Positions 27,378 to 39,437 of a stretch of 64,000 nt of DNA are shown in pieces (position 1 is the stretch's first letter; each line of letters starts with the position of its first letter). The stretch is from the NCBI GenBank assembly GCA_964234715.1, contig OZ174276.1, one strand, 5' to 3'. The stretch is from Podarcis melisellensis (taxonomy: Eukaryota). A program made the translations under genes and the position numbers. The notes under the pieces were generated by a model. The model had not been told where the DNA came from and did no database searches. It worked only from the letters and a program-made list of their open reading frames with translations.

Positions 27378-27756
27378 CTGCCAAGACAATAAGCAGGCAG
27401 GTTAAGCAAAGGGAGGGGTGGGAGAACGAAGCAGCTACAGGACAAGGAAGTCGTCCCTGGTTCAGCTGCTGACATCTGCTTGGCACGGAAGGGCAGGCCA
27501 TGCAGGACCCTGGGCTGGCTGATGGGATGTGTTTTTCCCAAGCTACCAGTTGGAGGCTGTGGTTTCCCCATCATGGCTGAGCAAGGAGCACTCAAATCCA
27601 AATCACCCAGCTTCCAAGTCCTGTACTGCACCTATTTTTAAACCACCACATACCCCTATAAATATTTATTGTTAATTTTCTGTCCTTTCTCCCGAAGGCG
27701 CCCAGGACAGCAGCATAAGCACACAAGCACCATAAGAGTTCCACACATGGACTTAC

Positions 27757-27822
27757 GGGCCAGGAACAACCATTTCCAAAGGTCGGTCGCAAGAGATGCA
27801 GTGGAAATGGGCCAGGAGTCTC
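27757..27822 (-). CDS. QRICH2: QRICH2 exon 14
   Basis: ccaaacag|RLLAHFHCISCDRPLEMVVPG(P)|gtaagt; 66 nt, phase 2/2; conserved CxSCDRP motif. Confidence 0.95.
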
Positions 27823-28452
27823 CTGTTTGGGTAGAAAAAGAGATGCTTAGGCCAAATGAAGGAATTACGGCAATGGGCAGGTGCCAGGGGGGGGGGTTGA
27901 TACAGGATATGCAGGATATGCAAATGTCTGCCTGAACGGTCCGTGCGAAGGAGAGTAAAATGATAGTTTGTACACACATTTTCATGAAGGGGGAGATGCC
28001 CTGAAGTTGAAAGGTTTGTGGACTCACAACAGCAGCAGCAGAAGAAGCAGCAACACAAGTTGTGTCTAGGGAGCTCCTTATGTGCTTGGTAACACCAGGC
28101 ACTCACAGATCTCTCCGTGGATGAGGAGGAGATGCAGAAGGCCCTTTTCGCACACTGCAGCACAAGCAGGCCAGGCACATTCACCTGCTGCCTTCTCGCT
28201 CCTTTCCTATGTAGTTTCTGACTGCCTGGGTAGCAACATAACAGTGTGGAATTAACTTGGGCATCCTAACACTCAGCATGGGTGCTTCCTATTTAAAACT
28301 GACCACCTGGGGAGCTGTCGGAGAGCAACAGGAGATCATTCTCGATATTTTAGAACAACACATTTTCAAAATCTAAATGTCAAATTGCATGCGAAAACGT
28401 TGGGAGTTGTTTTTAAAAAAGAACGTCAACAACCTGCTTTAGAAAACAAGTA

Positions 28453-28695
28453 CAGTGGTACCTCGGGTTACATACGCTTCAGGTTACAGATGCTTCAGGT
28501 TACAGACTCCGCTAACCCAGAAATAGTACCTCAGGTTATGAACTTTGCTTCAGGATGAGAACAGAAATCGTGCAGCAGCGGCATAGCAGCAGCAGGAGGC
28601 CCCATTAGCTAAAGTGGTGCTTCTGGTTAAGAACAGTTTCAGATTAAGAACGGACCCCCAGAACGATTTAAGTTCTTAACCCCGAGGTACCACTG
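28453..28695. mobile_element. Tc1/mariner (Tigger-like) MITE
   Basis: TA|cagtggtacctcggg...cccgaggtaccactg|TA; body very similar to 10393-10634. Confidence 0.9.
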
Positions 28696-29915
28696 TACTC
28701 CCCTCTTCAAAACTGCACGTCGGTTGCACTTTGTACTGTACTTCTATTCCCAACCCCTTTTTCCCTTCTTCGAGGGAAGCAGATTCCTCCGGTGGAGATC
28801 AGGTAGCTATGGAGATCCTTCCCTCCCAAACATGACACACCTTTACCTAATCCCAACTGACTGACGTTAAGGAAGCAGAGGTGAGCGGGGTTATGAGTCA
28901 GGAATTGGCACCACCAGCTACTGCTGGGAAAGAGTACTTGGTGCATGGGGCAGGATTTAAGTAGCTTCAAGCCTCTCTGTTCCTTGAAGATCGCCCTGGA
29001 GGAAGAGCTGGAATTAACTGCGCACACACAACTTCGCCTGGGGATACCATGCTTCTTGTCGGAAAGCATTTGCTGGCGCCTTATTCCTCCACTCTTTCAA
29101 GTACAGTCACTGTTTCGTTCCGTCAAAGGATGTGGAGGGAAGCAGAGAGCAAGGCCTGGGAGGCGGCTTGCCTGGCTGTTGGATCCAGTCTCTATCTTCT
29201 TACATAACGGGCACACAGTATGGGGGCTGCTGACTGTGCCACCACCCTCCGCCCAGCAGAATGCATTCGTAATTGCCAGTTTCCATCGCTGAGGCTATTC
29301 GCTCTCCCTTCTTTGAGGTGAGTGAGCTGTGCCCCATGTCCCCATGCGTCGCAAGCACCACCACCCTCTGGTGGTGACACATGGGTGATGCAGCTTGCAG
29401 CAATGAAGTAAAGAGTATCCATTGAGAACAACGTGGAGGGATGAGACAGTGCCAGCTGGCCAACGGGGCCACTCCTTCCAAAAGACTTCAAAAAAACCCA
29501 AAACAAAAAACACAGCTATGCAGCAGAGTGCGATTGAGATGCCTATAGGCAGGGGAACGTCCAAGATTCAGAGAGAGCCCCATCTGAACAAAATTATCAA
29601 TTTCGGGTTCTCACTTTTCCAGTCTTAAAATTCAGTTTGCCCCTTTTCCACATTAGTTTGCATTAAAAAGGGGGGGGGAGGGGGGAAAGGTCCAGGCAAA
29701 AAATTGTTTGCAATTTTGTGTACATTTCTCTGTAGATGTGCACGTTATATGTAATTTTACCTAACACACACATTTCTGCTGGCAATTTTCCATAACACAA
29801 TGCATTTTTGTACTCTAACACACACAATTTTGTGTGTGTGTGTGTGTGTGTTTTTTTTACTGAAGACATGCATTGCAAAAACACTGAAGGAGGACCAGCA
29901 GACTAGGGGGGGGCT

Positions 29916-30319
29916 GAATCATAGAACTGTAGTGTTGGAAGGGACCCTGAGGATCATTTAGTCCAGGGGTCAGCAAACTTTTTCAGCAGGGGGCCAGTCC
30001 ACTCTCCCTCAGATCTTGTGGGGGGGCAGACTATATTTTTTGGGGGGGGGATGAACAAATGCCTATGCCCCACAAATAACCCAGAGATGCATTTTAAATA
30101 AAAGCACACGTTCTACTAATGTAAAAACACGCTGATTCCCAGACTGTCTGCGGGCCGGATTTAGAAGGCAATTGGGCCGGATCCGGCCTCTGAGCCTTAG
30201 TTTGCTACCCATGATTTAGTCCAACCCCCCGCAATGCAGGAATATGCCACTGTCCCATAGGGGGATCGAACCTGCAACCTTGGTGTTATTAGCACCATAC
30301 TCTAACCAACTGAGCTATC
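29916..30319 (-). mobile_element. tRNA-Ile(AAT)-derived SINE with CR1-type tail (Squam2/POM-like), interrupted by a MITE
   Basis: Minus strand gatagctcagttggttagagtatggtgctaataacaccaaggttgcaggttcgatcccc (tRNA-Ile-like), then ggggggttggactaaat..gtcccttccaac..ttctatgattc (CR1 3' end). Confidence 0.85.
29964..30213. mobile_element. hAT MITE inserted in the SINE
   Basis: TIRs caggggtcagcaaact / agtttgctacccatg; perfect 8-bp TSD atttagtc (29956-29963, 30214-30221). Confidence 0.9.
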
Positions 30320-30725
30320 AATTCCACCACTCCTTTGACTTGCCTGGAACCAGGGAGAAGAGAGGGTGTACTCTGGGGAGAGTAAAGAGAGTAAGTCAGA
30401 GAGGCTTGGAGGGACACACTTGACCCCAGGCCTACTCTAATCATACTGCAATAGTAAACGTGAAAGGCTTCCAGTCTTCCAAAGCAGTTTTTTTTTTAAG
30501 CACCCCTCCCCCAAATCATAACTTCTACTCTTTGAAAGCAGAGGTTTCTAGGCAACCTAATGGCATGGGAGAATAGATATATAGGCAGGTAGGCAAGGTA
30601 TACTCCTTCAAGCCAAAGCCAAGGGTGTATTGTTTCACAAGCTGCTAACTATGCCTAGAAGCAGCAAACACTTCTGAAAAGAGCTTGAGCAGAGAGAACT
30701 AAGAAAAGCCAAGGATGGTGTAGAG

Positions 30726-31044
30726 CAGGGGTCAGCAACCTTTTTCAGCCATGGGCCGGTCCACCGTCCCTCAGACCATGTGGTGGGCCGGACTGTATTT
30801 TGAGGAAAAATATGAACAAATTCCTTTGCCCCACAAATAACCCAGTGGTGCATTTTAAATAAAATCACACATTCCACTCATGTAAAAACACCAGGCAGGC
30901 CCCACAAGTAAACCAGAGATGCATTTTAAATAAAAGGTCAGAGTCTACTCATGTAAAAACATGCTGATTCCTGGACCGTCTGTGGGCCGGATTGAGAAGG
31001 TAATTGGGCTGCATCCGGCCCACGGGCCTTAGGTTGCCTACCTG
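30726..31044. mobile_element. hAT MITE, same family as 29964-30213, with internal duplication
   Basis: TIRs caggggtcagcaacct / aggttgcctacctg; perfect 8-bp TSD gtgtagag (30718-30725, 31045-31052). Confidence 0.9.
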
Positions 31045-31568
31045 GTGTAGAGAAAGCATCTTTGGCAAGGCTTTCGGTGTTGGAACAGGGCTCACTGTTC
31101 CCAGCGTAAGTGTCAAAAACAAATACCCGGAGCCCAAAGAGTGCAGTAGAGAAGTAGGACGTATGGACCCCAGCTTGCTGGAGAATAACCATTCTCTTCA
31201 AAGTGCTAGGTTAGGGTGCAAGCTACTCCAAAGTCCTTTCTTTCAGGAACTTATACCAGATATATAAAGTGCGCTGAGGTCAGGCCAGACCAAAGGGCCA
31301 TAGTCCATCCAACACATCTTATCCTGACAGGCAGTGTCTCAGCATTCTGATCCTCTACTTAAGACCCTTCAACTATAAAACCAGCACACGGTTCCAAGGA
31401 GCATGTTGTAGGCAGTGTGCATTGGCATGCTGGAGGCTTTCGTTTTCGCACAACACCCACAAACGTGAGACACGTGTGGCAACGTGCATCAGATTTGGCT
31501 TGACATCTGCCCGCTGTTCTCATACGTCTACCGGAAGATAAGAGTTGTCTGTCTTCAGACCTTCTTAC

Positions 31569-31690
31569 CTCCTGATCCCAGCAGCTTCGTCTCCTATTTC
31601 TTGTGGCATCCTCTCCTTCAGCTGTTTCCGGATATCCTTCCAGCGCTCCTCCAGCTGCTGTCGGAAGGGGTCCAGTTCCAAGCGGTCCAG
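31569..31690 (-). CDS. QRICH2: QRICH2 exon 13
   Basis: ctgtgcag|LDRLELDPFRQQLEERWKDIRKQLKERMPQEIGDEAAGIR(R)|gtaaga; 122 nt, phase 0/2. Confidence 0.95.
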
Positions 31691-33182
31691 CTGCACAGAA
31701 AGGGACAGAGAGAGTTCTGGAGAGAGCTGCATATTCAAGGCACTGCAACGCTACCATCCTGCAACGCTACCATCCTGGAAGCGGCACCGCTGCAAAGCTA
31801 GCACTGAAGCTCTGCCCCATTGAGTGAGTCACTGCCATTCAAAATATTGTTCAGCCCACCTTTCTGGTGCTCAAGGCAGCTTACGGCAGAAAAGTCGTGC
31901 ATCCATTTCAACACAAGCTGGGAAAATGGCATAGTCATTAATCAGTGCCTAAGTGGTAAAGGCCTAGATATGGAGGAGATACCCCGGGGGAGTGTTTCAA
32001 AAGGCGAGGTGCCACCACAAGGTAGACCCTGTGATGAGCGGGGGGAGGGGGAGAGACAGAGAAAGGAACAAATTGAAATATTTTGTTCCCCCTTTACCAA
32101 TTAAATGAAGCAAAGATTTAACTGAGGGTCATTTAACGCTTTCTGACTGCTGAAATGAGGTACTTTGAAAACAATATGAAAGACCATAAAAGCTATATTA
32201 AATAATTAATGGCTGGATGGCAAGATTAGCATACAAAAACGCATATTAACTTACACTGCATTGTTTTAGAGAGGGCGTGAGTTAGAACATTTAAGATAAT
32301 TGTATGGTGTGTAAAGAATGGAAATGTTCATATGTTTAAATTAAAATAAACTTAAAAGGGAAAGAAGAAAAAAGTGCAGGTTCTGAAGGCAGGTTAGCAG
32401 AGAAGAGCCTCAGATGACAATTGGTATGAACAGGCAGGTTTCTATAGGAGAAGGCATGCCTTTGGCCTAGGGGTGCTCAACTATTTCACTTGGCCTTTCA
32501 TTTTCAAGTGACCTGGTCTGATTTGCATTCCTGGACAGCAGATTAGAACACAATTATCCTCCACTTTTTGCACCCTTATAATTTTTGCAATATAGTTCTC
32601 AGGTAAAAGATAATAAAAATACTAAAATGCATTCAAAAATGTGTATTTAAGGACAAAGTTCATACACAAATATGTATTTTATGTGATCAAACACATTAAA
32701 CATTTTAAAAAATGCATTAAAAAGATTGATGCAGAAATGGGATAGAATGGGACCCACAAGTAAACACATGTAAAACACGCATTGGTTGACAATTAGACTG
32801 GCCTGTCCATCCCTACTTCAGACATCCTGTTTATAGAGATTTACTGGTAAAAGCTGACATTTCAAATTGTGTCCAGAAACAAACTAGAAGCTAGTATTTA
32901 GAGGCAGGAATCATGTGTATTCCTACCCTTCAGCCTACCCTGGCTCACCTGATTGGCAGGGTCAGGCACGAGCAATGAGACATGCATGGCTGGCTCACCA
33001 GCATAAACACTTACAGTAAGTGTTGGGAACAGGGCAGAAAGGGATGTGCTTCTGCATGAGTCACTGGGTACTCCCAGCCACATTCCACAGCACTGAACCG
33101 CAAACATGGGAAGCTCTCGGCACTTTGGGATGCCCTCATTGGCCTGGCTGTGAATCATGGGCAAGGCAAGAGCCTTGCTTAC

Positions 33183-33347
33183 CTTGGAGTCCATTTCAAT
33201 CAAGAGTTTGTCAAGCATCTTCTGCCAATCTTGTTCTTGCCCAGCCATCTTGTTCAACAGCTCCTGCATCATCTTATGCAACTGCTCCGTGGTGGCATCG
33301 AACTGGCTACGGCTGACCTTCGCAGCAAGGGCAGCCTTATCTGCTTT
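33183..33347 (-). CDS. QRICH2: QRICH2 exon 12
   Basis: ttttccag|KADKAALAAKVSRSQFDATTEQLHKMMQELLNKMAGQEQDWQKMLDKLLIEMDSK|gtaagc; 165 nt, phase 0/0. Confidence 0.95.
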
Positions 33348-33671
33348 CTGGAAAAGTAGGGGGAAAGATGGGGGCATATCCTTGGTCGGATCTGTATCGC
33401 AAAGAACACCCCCGCCCTTCCCATCAGTAGCTCTGAGTGTGCATGTCCAGAGAGCATCTCCCTCCAATCTATAAGGATGGCAAGCACCAGAATCCCCGTT
33501 CAAACTGCTAATGACTGCCCTGCAGGTTGGCTGCAGAGCTGGGAGCAGAATCCAGGCCCCATCTACTTCATACGCTAGCTCCCTCTGCAAGCAGAGCTTA
33601 TGCAGGAGCACCAAGCCATGGCTCGATGCGCATGGGATAACTGTGATGTGTTATCAAGTACAACTCCTCAC

Positions 33672-33746
33672 CACATCGATTTCCATCACAAGGCTGTCTT
33701 TGTCTGCTTTTACATTTTCTAGTCTCTCCAAGGACTTGAACAACAT
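33672..33746 (-). CDS. QRICH2: QRICH2 exon 11
   Basis: ctttacag|MLFKSLERLENVKADKDSLVMEIDV|gtgagg; 75 nt, phase 0/0. Confidence 0.93.
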
Positions 33747-33809
33747 CTGTAAAGAACACAAAGCAAAGTAATCAAAGGTGGTTACCCAGAGACTCACATT
33801 CCTACTCAG

Positions 33810-34354
33810 CAGGGCAGAGGAATCTGGTGCCCTTCAGATGTTTCCAACTTCATCTCCCATCAGTCCCAGGCAGCATGGCCTATGATCAGAGATGATCACT
33901 CAGAGACTTTGAGCGAGTGGAGAATGAAACTTATGGATTATGCAGAATTGGACAAAATGACTGGAAAAATTAGATATCAGAAAGATCACAAATTCATTGA
34001 GGACTGGGGAAAGTTTACGGAATATCTGAAAACTATATGTGATGAACAGACAACGCTAGTGGGTTTTAAAGAGGCTTTGTGATAATATAAGGTATATTGT
34101 AAGAATGGAACTGAGATGGAAGGTTAATTTCAAATCGGCAATATTACATAGAAAATGCGTAAAGATATGAAAAATGGATGATTGAGGGAGGTGCTGGTGG
34201 AAGTTCAAAAAATCGTAAATTTGTAAACACGGTTGTCAAAATTATTTGTAAAAGAAAACTTAATAAAAATTTATGGGGAAAAAAAAAGATCAGAGATGAT
34301 GGGATTTGTGTGTAGTCCAACATCATCTGGAAGGCCACAGAGTTCTTCATTCCC
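33810..34354. mobile_element. Palindromic hAT-type MITE interrupted by the truncated L1
   Basis: Rejoined halves give the cagatg..ctcccatcagtccc..gatgatggga..gtagtccaaca..tctgga pattern shared with 15835-15970. Confidence 0.7.
33897..34287 (+). mobile_element. 5'-truncated L1 (ORF2 C-terminus + 3'UTR + A tail)
   Basis: EWRMKLMDYAELDKMTGKIR..DWGKFTEYL aligns by eye with the end of ORF2 at 57170-57329; AATAAA and A tail; 13-bp TSD gatcagagatgat at 33884-33896 and 34288-34300. Confidence 0.9.
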
Positions 34355-35168
34355 ACTACACTTTTATTTAAAATTATATATATATATTCATTTACTAGCA
34401 CATGTTCTGCAAGGTCTCATTGCGTCCAAATACTGCAAATCACACAACTCTCATTCCAAAGTGAGCCATCTTGTGCTTCTATCTCTCGAGTGATACTGAT
34501 AACAGATTGTAGGCTAGTGTATTGACAAAGCATGCTTTAGGTTAACTAGCTCAACATTTTGGGAATCGATACTGGGGGCAGAGTGGGGGTGGGAGGACGC
34601 TCACTTGCCAAGAAGGGCAACAGGGTGATTTGATGGGGCCCCTGGCAACCCTACCAAAGTTTAGTGAACATCAGGTAGAACTCTTACCCACTTGTAAGAA
34701 AAAACAAAGTTGTTTTCAACAGCAGCAAGGAGCCAAAATACTGCACATCTTAGCATCACACCTTTTTCTTTGGACAATCTGGCTGGCAGCTACTTGGTGG
34801 CTTATTATACAGCTGGTTCTCCCATGAGGGGTCTGGTGGCAGGGAACATGATGGCCCCTGGAGAACAGGCTCCCCCCCCCCCGCCCGAATACCAAACATC
34901 TGCTATAAGAGGTGATTTGCTGATGCTGATGCTGATTGATTTGTAGCTGCTTGGACCAAATGCCAACAAACCCAGCTGGATATCCAGTACTGTTACCACT
35001 GCTATAGTCTCATGGCCTCAGTCACCTGCTTTGTCTCTCGACAGTAAACAGAGGGAGGAGAGCCAGCTGCTTCCCTCTGGAGGAAGCACCACCAAATCCT
35101 TGTGAAGCAACAACACTGGGAATGTCCCATGTCATTTGACCCTGTAACCTGGCGTCAAGATCACCTAC

Positions 35169-35291
35169 ACTGATCTCCTTCTGCTTCTGGCGATGATCTT
35201 CTACAAGAGTGCCTGCAGTGGCGTTCAGCTTCTCACAGTCATCCTGAACTTGCAGGATGGTGCTTTGGATCTGGTTGAGCATCTCTTCATC
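35169..35291 (-). CDS. QRICH2: QRICH2 exon 10 (start of DUF4795 region)
   Basis: caaccag|DEEMLNQIQSTILQVQDDCEKLNATAGTLVEDHRQKQKEIS|gtaggt; 123 nt, phase 0/0. Confidence 0.93.
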
Positions 35292-36129
35292 CTGGTTGCA
35301 AAAGCAACAAAGTAATGAAAGCCAACATTGACATGGGTCTCCTTAATTAAATCCCTCCCCAAGTGTGTTAATTCCCTTTCGTTTTGGTGCAATGCGTATT
35401 TTATCTACATTGGATCAGAACTACAGCCTGAAGATGACAGTACACCATCAAGCAAAAACTTTGTACTTAGGAGCAGACACCCATGGGTTCTGCCTTTGCA
35501 TGTGTCTCCTCTCTGGATGGAAACACGTGTGTTGTTCTCACGCCTGCCCCTAGTTATCATTGATGTTGCACTGTACTTCCATTCTGCCCCTAGGTGCTGA
35601 TATTAATGCACTTTCAGCATACAAAAGCAAGCACAAATCCTGGCACTTTGTTACAGAGCACAAAGAACAAAAAGATGCCATATGAGAAAACAGAATCACA
35701 AAAAAGCCATGGACATAACCATTATCTATGGTATGGTGGCTTGTTCAATCCTCCTTAATTCCTTGCTTATGTTACCTAGGACAAGAATCTCTCTATCCCA
35801 CTTTGGAGGATGGGAGAGGGATTCAGAGATCCCGTCTCTAAGGATGGGCAGGATAATAAATGATATGAATATATGCAGCTGCACCCATAATGCCATCTGA
35901 GGACAGCAGGTTGACTCATGCATTTGGAGAACCCTTCTACAATTCTGTAGCTTCTGCTTCCAAGCCTCAGTGTCCCGCAGCTTCCCACCACGTAACTCCC
36001 AAAATGAGCCTTCTTTAGGCCTTACCACTAAGTCTCAGATCAGGCCTCAGCATCCACACAGAGCCCCCTGAACTCCCCCCTCTGCCCTCCTCCTGGAAAC
36101 CTGAGGTCACGTTCTTGCGCCGGCCTTAC

Positions 36130-36378
36130 CTGGCGGTGCTTGGGTTTCTTGGCTAGTTTGCCTTCTGCCTGCCTTAACATGAAGTTGTTAATCAAGTCCT
36201 GCAGCTGCTCATAGCGCTTGAACAGCTGGCTAACCTTCTCACTGACATCTAAGCTGCAAGCTGCACATGTGCTCTGGACCTGAGCCACCCCAGGCTCCGG
36301 GGTAGGCGGCATGCTCATGGACAGCAGTGTGGACGAGGAAGCCATCATGTTCTCTATGACACCTCTAAGCTTGTCTAA
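36130..36378 (-). CDS. QRICH2: QRICH2 exon 9
   Basis: cccacag|LDKLRGVIENMMASSSTLLSMSM...CSLDVSEKVSQLFKRYEQLQDL...KHRQ|gtaagg; 249 nt, phase 0/0. Confidence 0.93.
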
Positions 36379-36707
36379 CTGTGGGCAAGGGAGAGAAGGA
36401 GGAGTCCAGCTTTAGACAAGGGAGTCAGACGACAAAATGTTTCCTATTTTCCACAGAACTGGGGTCGAGTACGGGTGGCGGCAGCTATATCGTGCTGCTC
36501 TAATTGGCCCACTCCATTGTCTCTCAAGACACCAACAACAATTTATTACATTATTTTCAGGCAGGAGCAGGAAGGGTCTGGCAACGCAACCATAATGCCA
36601 AGAATCCCAGTGGCATCTTAAGAGATAAAAGTTTCTAGAGCTCATAACTAGAGACGGGGTGGAAGTTTTAGAAAGCAGGGTCTGCTAAACTCTCACGGAC
36701 CAATATG

Positions 36708-36962
36708 AAGAGAAGAGTAGAAGAGTTTGGATTTGATATCCCGCCTTTCACTACCCTTCAGGAGTCTCAAAGCGGCTAACATTCTCCTTTCCCTTCCTCC
36801 CCCATAACAAATACTCTGTGAGGTGAGCGGGGCTGAGAGACTTCAAAGAAGTGTGACTGGCCCAAGGTCACCCAGCAGCTGCATGTGGAGGAGCGGAGAC
36901 GCAAACCCGGTTCCCCAGATTATGTGACTACCGCTCTTAACCACTACACCACACTGGCTCTC
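36708..36962 (-). mobile_element. tRNA-derived CORE-type SINE (Squam3-like)
   Basis: Head gagccagtgtggtgtagtggttaagagcgg, core gggtgaccttgggccagtcac, cctcacagagtatttgttatgggg, (TTC)-type tail. Confidence 0.85.
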
Positions 36963-39322
36963 TATATATTGACATGACATATACCCTAGAAGCCAAAGTT
37001 TCTATTCACTCTGGAAGGGAAGCTTTCATTGGTGCCAGTAGGAGCTCTTCCACACACAGTTAATAGCAAGATTTGTGAAAATGATTTTTGTTAGGACTAT
37101 GGGGGTTTGTAAGAGCTAAGCCAGTCTTCTGCACGTTCTGCAGCCCAATGAAAATTGGTCCTTGGCCCCTTGCAATTTGAACAGATGCATTTAGCGCAAT
37201 CTCTGGTTTAGCTCTCAGGTTGTCAAAGGGGAGGGGATGGAGGTTTCAGTGGCCAAGGAGTGGCACTTATTTCATCATGTGCCGGTTCACTGCCCAACAC
37301 AAGACACTCAACAGTCCCCTCCCTTTCCCCCTGCCTCTACACAGTCGCTCACAAATATCTCTTACTGCCAAGGGCATTTGCCTGGGATTTCTGTGCCACT
37401 GTTGATGTCATTTTAGCTAACACGGACCCCTTTAGGATCAGGCTGTGGCTACACTGCCACCCTTCTGCACTTCACTCATTCCCATCTGGTGTGGCTCATG
37501 GCAAAGTTGCATCTGTTTACAAATGGGTATCATAAAGGTGTCAGAAACGTGAGGCCCTTGGCTGCTGCAGCTGCTCTGAAGCTCCCTGAGAATGCATGGC
37601 AGGAGTGGGTTCCCTGGGGAGTGCGGCAGGAACCTGCCCAAAGATCTCCTTCTGAAGCCCTTCCCTGGGTATTCCTGACTTTAGAAGTGAAGGTGGCTGG
37701 CTGGGGAAAGAGCCTTTTTTGTGGTGGCACCCCATCTGTGGAATGCTTGCTCCACCGAGGATCTATTCCTGCCGAACCTTTCTGTTCCCCAAGCAAATAC
37801 CGTTTTACTAGTCCATGCCTCTTCAATCTGCTTAATGCAGTGGATGTTTTAGTAATTATTTGGTAACTTTTTTACAGTTTCATTGTTGCAATCGCTAATG
37901 GGAAGCAACCCGGGGCATTTTAGCACCTTGCCCTTCAGTTTTAAAAGTAACTCAGGTTGTCTTAAGCCAACAGCGTGAAATGTAGGGAGCACCACTGGGT
38001 CTGAGCTCCCACAGCTTCCTCAAATGTGGAAGTGTGCAGGAGCAGACAGAGGCTTAGAGAACCCCATTTCTCTTTGGGGAAAACCTCCTTTGGGATTTGG
38101 CCTGTTGACGACATGGTTCCTCCATCACTTTATTTGGGAATTCCCACATTTGGGCTTGCATAGATGATTTAGGGGATGCTTGGTGGGGGAGGGGGGGACA
38201 CAAATGAACTAATCTCATCACCTTTGATGCTGCGTGGTCAAAAGTCAGGCTACTCATCTGACTGTCAGTGGGAAGCCAATAAGAGGTTATGGGTGGGTAG
38301 GACTTCCCTTACAAATCCACAACAGCAGAAAGTGAGCATTCCAAAAAACTAAGCTGGATGGCTATGGGAAAGAAACAGGGTTACCATTGGGGGAGAGGAA
38401 CAGGACAGTGTGGCCTCCTTCTCTATACCTCTAGAAGAGGTTCGGTATGTGGGAAACAGCAGGTGATGCTTTACACAACATGGAGCCAAAGATTAATACC
38501 TGCTCATAGCTGCAAAACAAATGGCTGTTAAAAGCAGAAAGCCACAGGGGCTGGTTCAAAACACTGGCAACTCCAGAGCAAAAGGCCCTGCAAGGCAGCA
38601 GGAAAGCAAGGCAACCAGAGTCTGACCCACTGAGCAGAAGCGGCCAGAGCTTTATCTGGAGGATTAGGAAGAGAGCTTTTCATTAAAAATAAAAACAGAC
38701 AGCTGTCCATGTACCAACTGTGGGGTTCCTGCAGGGACATGTATCCTAAGCCAGCCCAGAGAACTCTCAGCTACCTATCTACTTGTAAAAGTGGAATCAG
38801 TCCTCCCAAATTAGATCAAAACTGTTCCTAGGGTTGTGGGCTTCCCCACATCACAGCAGGGCATGCTTATTAAATCGAGGATAGCATCATTGAAAACTCC
38901 TGCTTAGCAAACCCAATGACACAGCTGAACCCAATAGTACAAGAAAGTTACAATTTTAGGAGTGTACTTCTTCAGGGCAAGCTGAAGAAGCATGTCTGGC
39001 AAGCTGATCACTGGCAAGGGATTCTTACTCCCTCTTTACTGTTACTCCTCCTGGCTAACTACAAGGTGGCTGTCAGCTTAAGGAGTCAGCAGAAGAACTT
39101 AGACCAATCTTCTTTCCTAGAATTTCCAAGCAGATTTGGCCCTGTCTGGCTCTTGCCTTAGAAAGTGTCATGCTTTTCTTCTCACTGTGAAAGAGCCACC
39201 TCTACAGAGCCTTTGCAAAGCACATATGTTTCAAGAGGAGATCTGAAACCAAATCACAGGGGAAACCATGTGACTGATTCTTGGCAGCCAGGAAGAAAGA
39301 CCTCACATTTCCACTCGCTGAC

Positions 39323-39437
39323 CTGTTCTTGCAGGTAGATGGCAGTGTCGGTCACTGACTGCTCCAGCTTGGCTTTCCCCGTATCCTGCTTGTTTCTGAG
39401 CTCCTTTAGCTCTTTCTCTATATCCTGCACTGTTGCT
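39323..39437 (-). CDS. QRICH2: QRICH2 exon 8
   Basis: ttgcggtacag|ATVQDIEKELKELRNKQDTGKAKLEQSVTDTAIYLQEQ|gtcagc; 115 nt, phase 2/0. Confidence 0.9.

Noticed and set aside
30250-30319. tRNA-Ile(AAT) gene
   Set aside because: The acceptor stem is degenerate and the sequence is fused to a CR1-type tail, so it is a SINE head.
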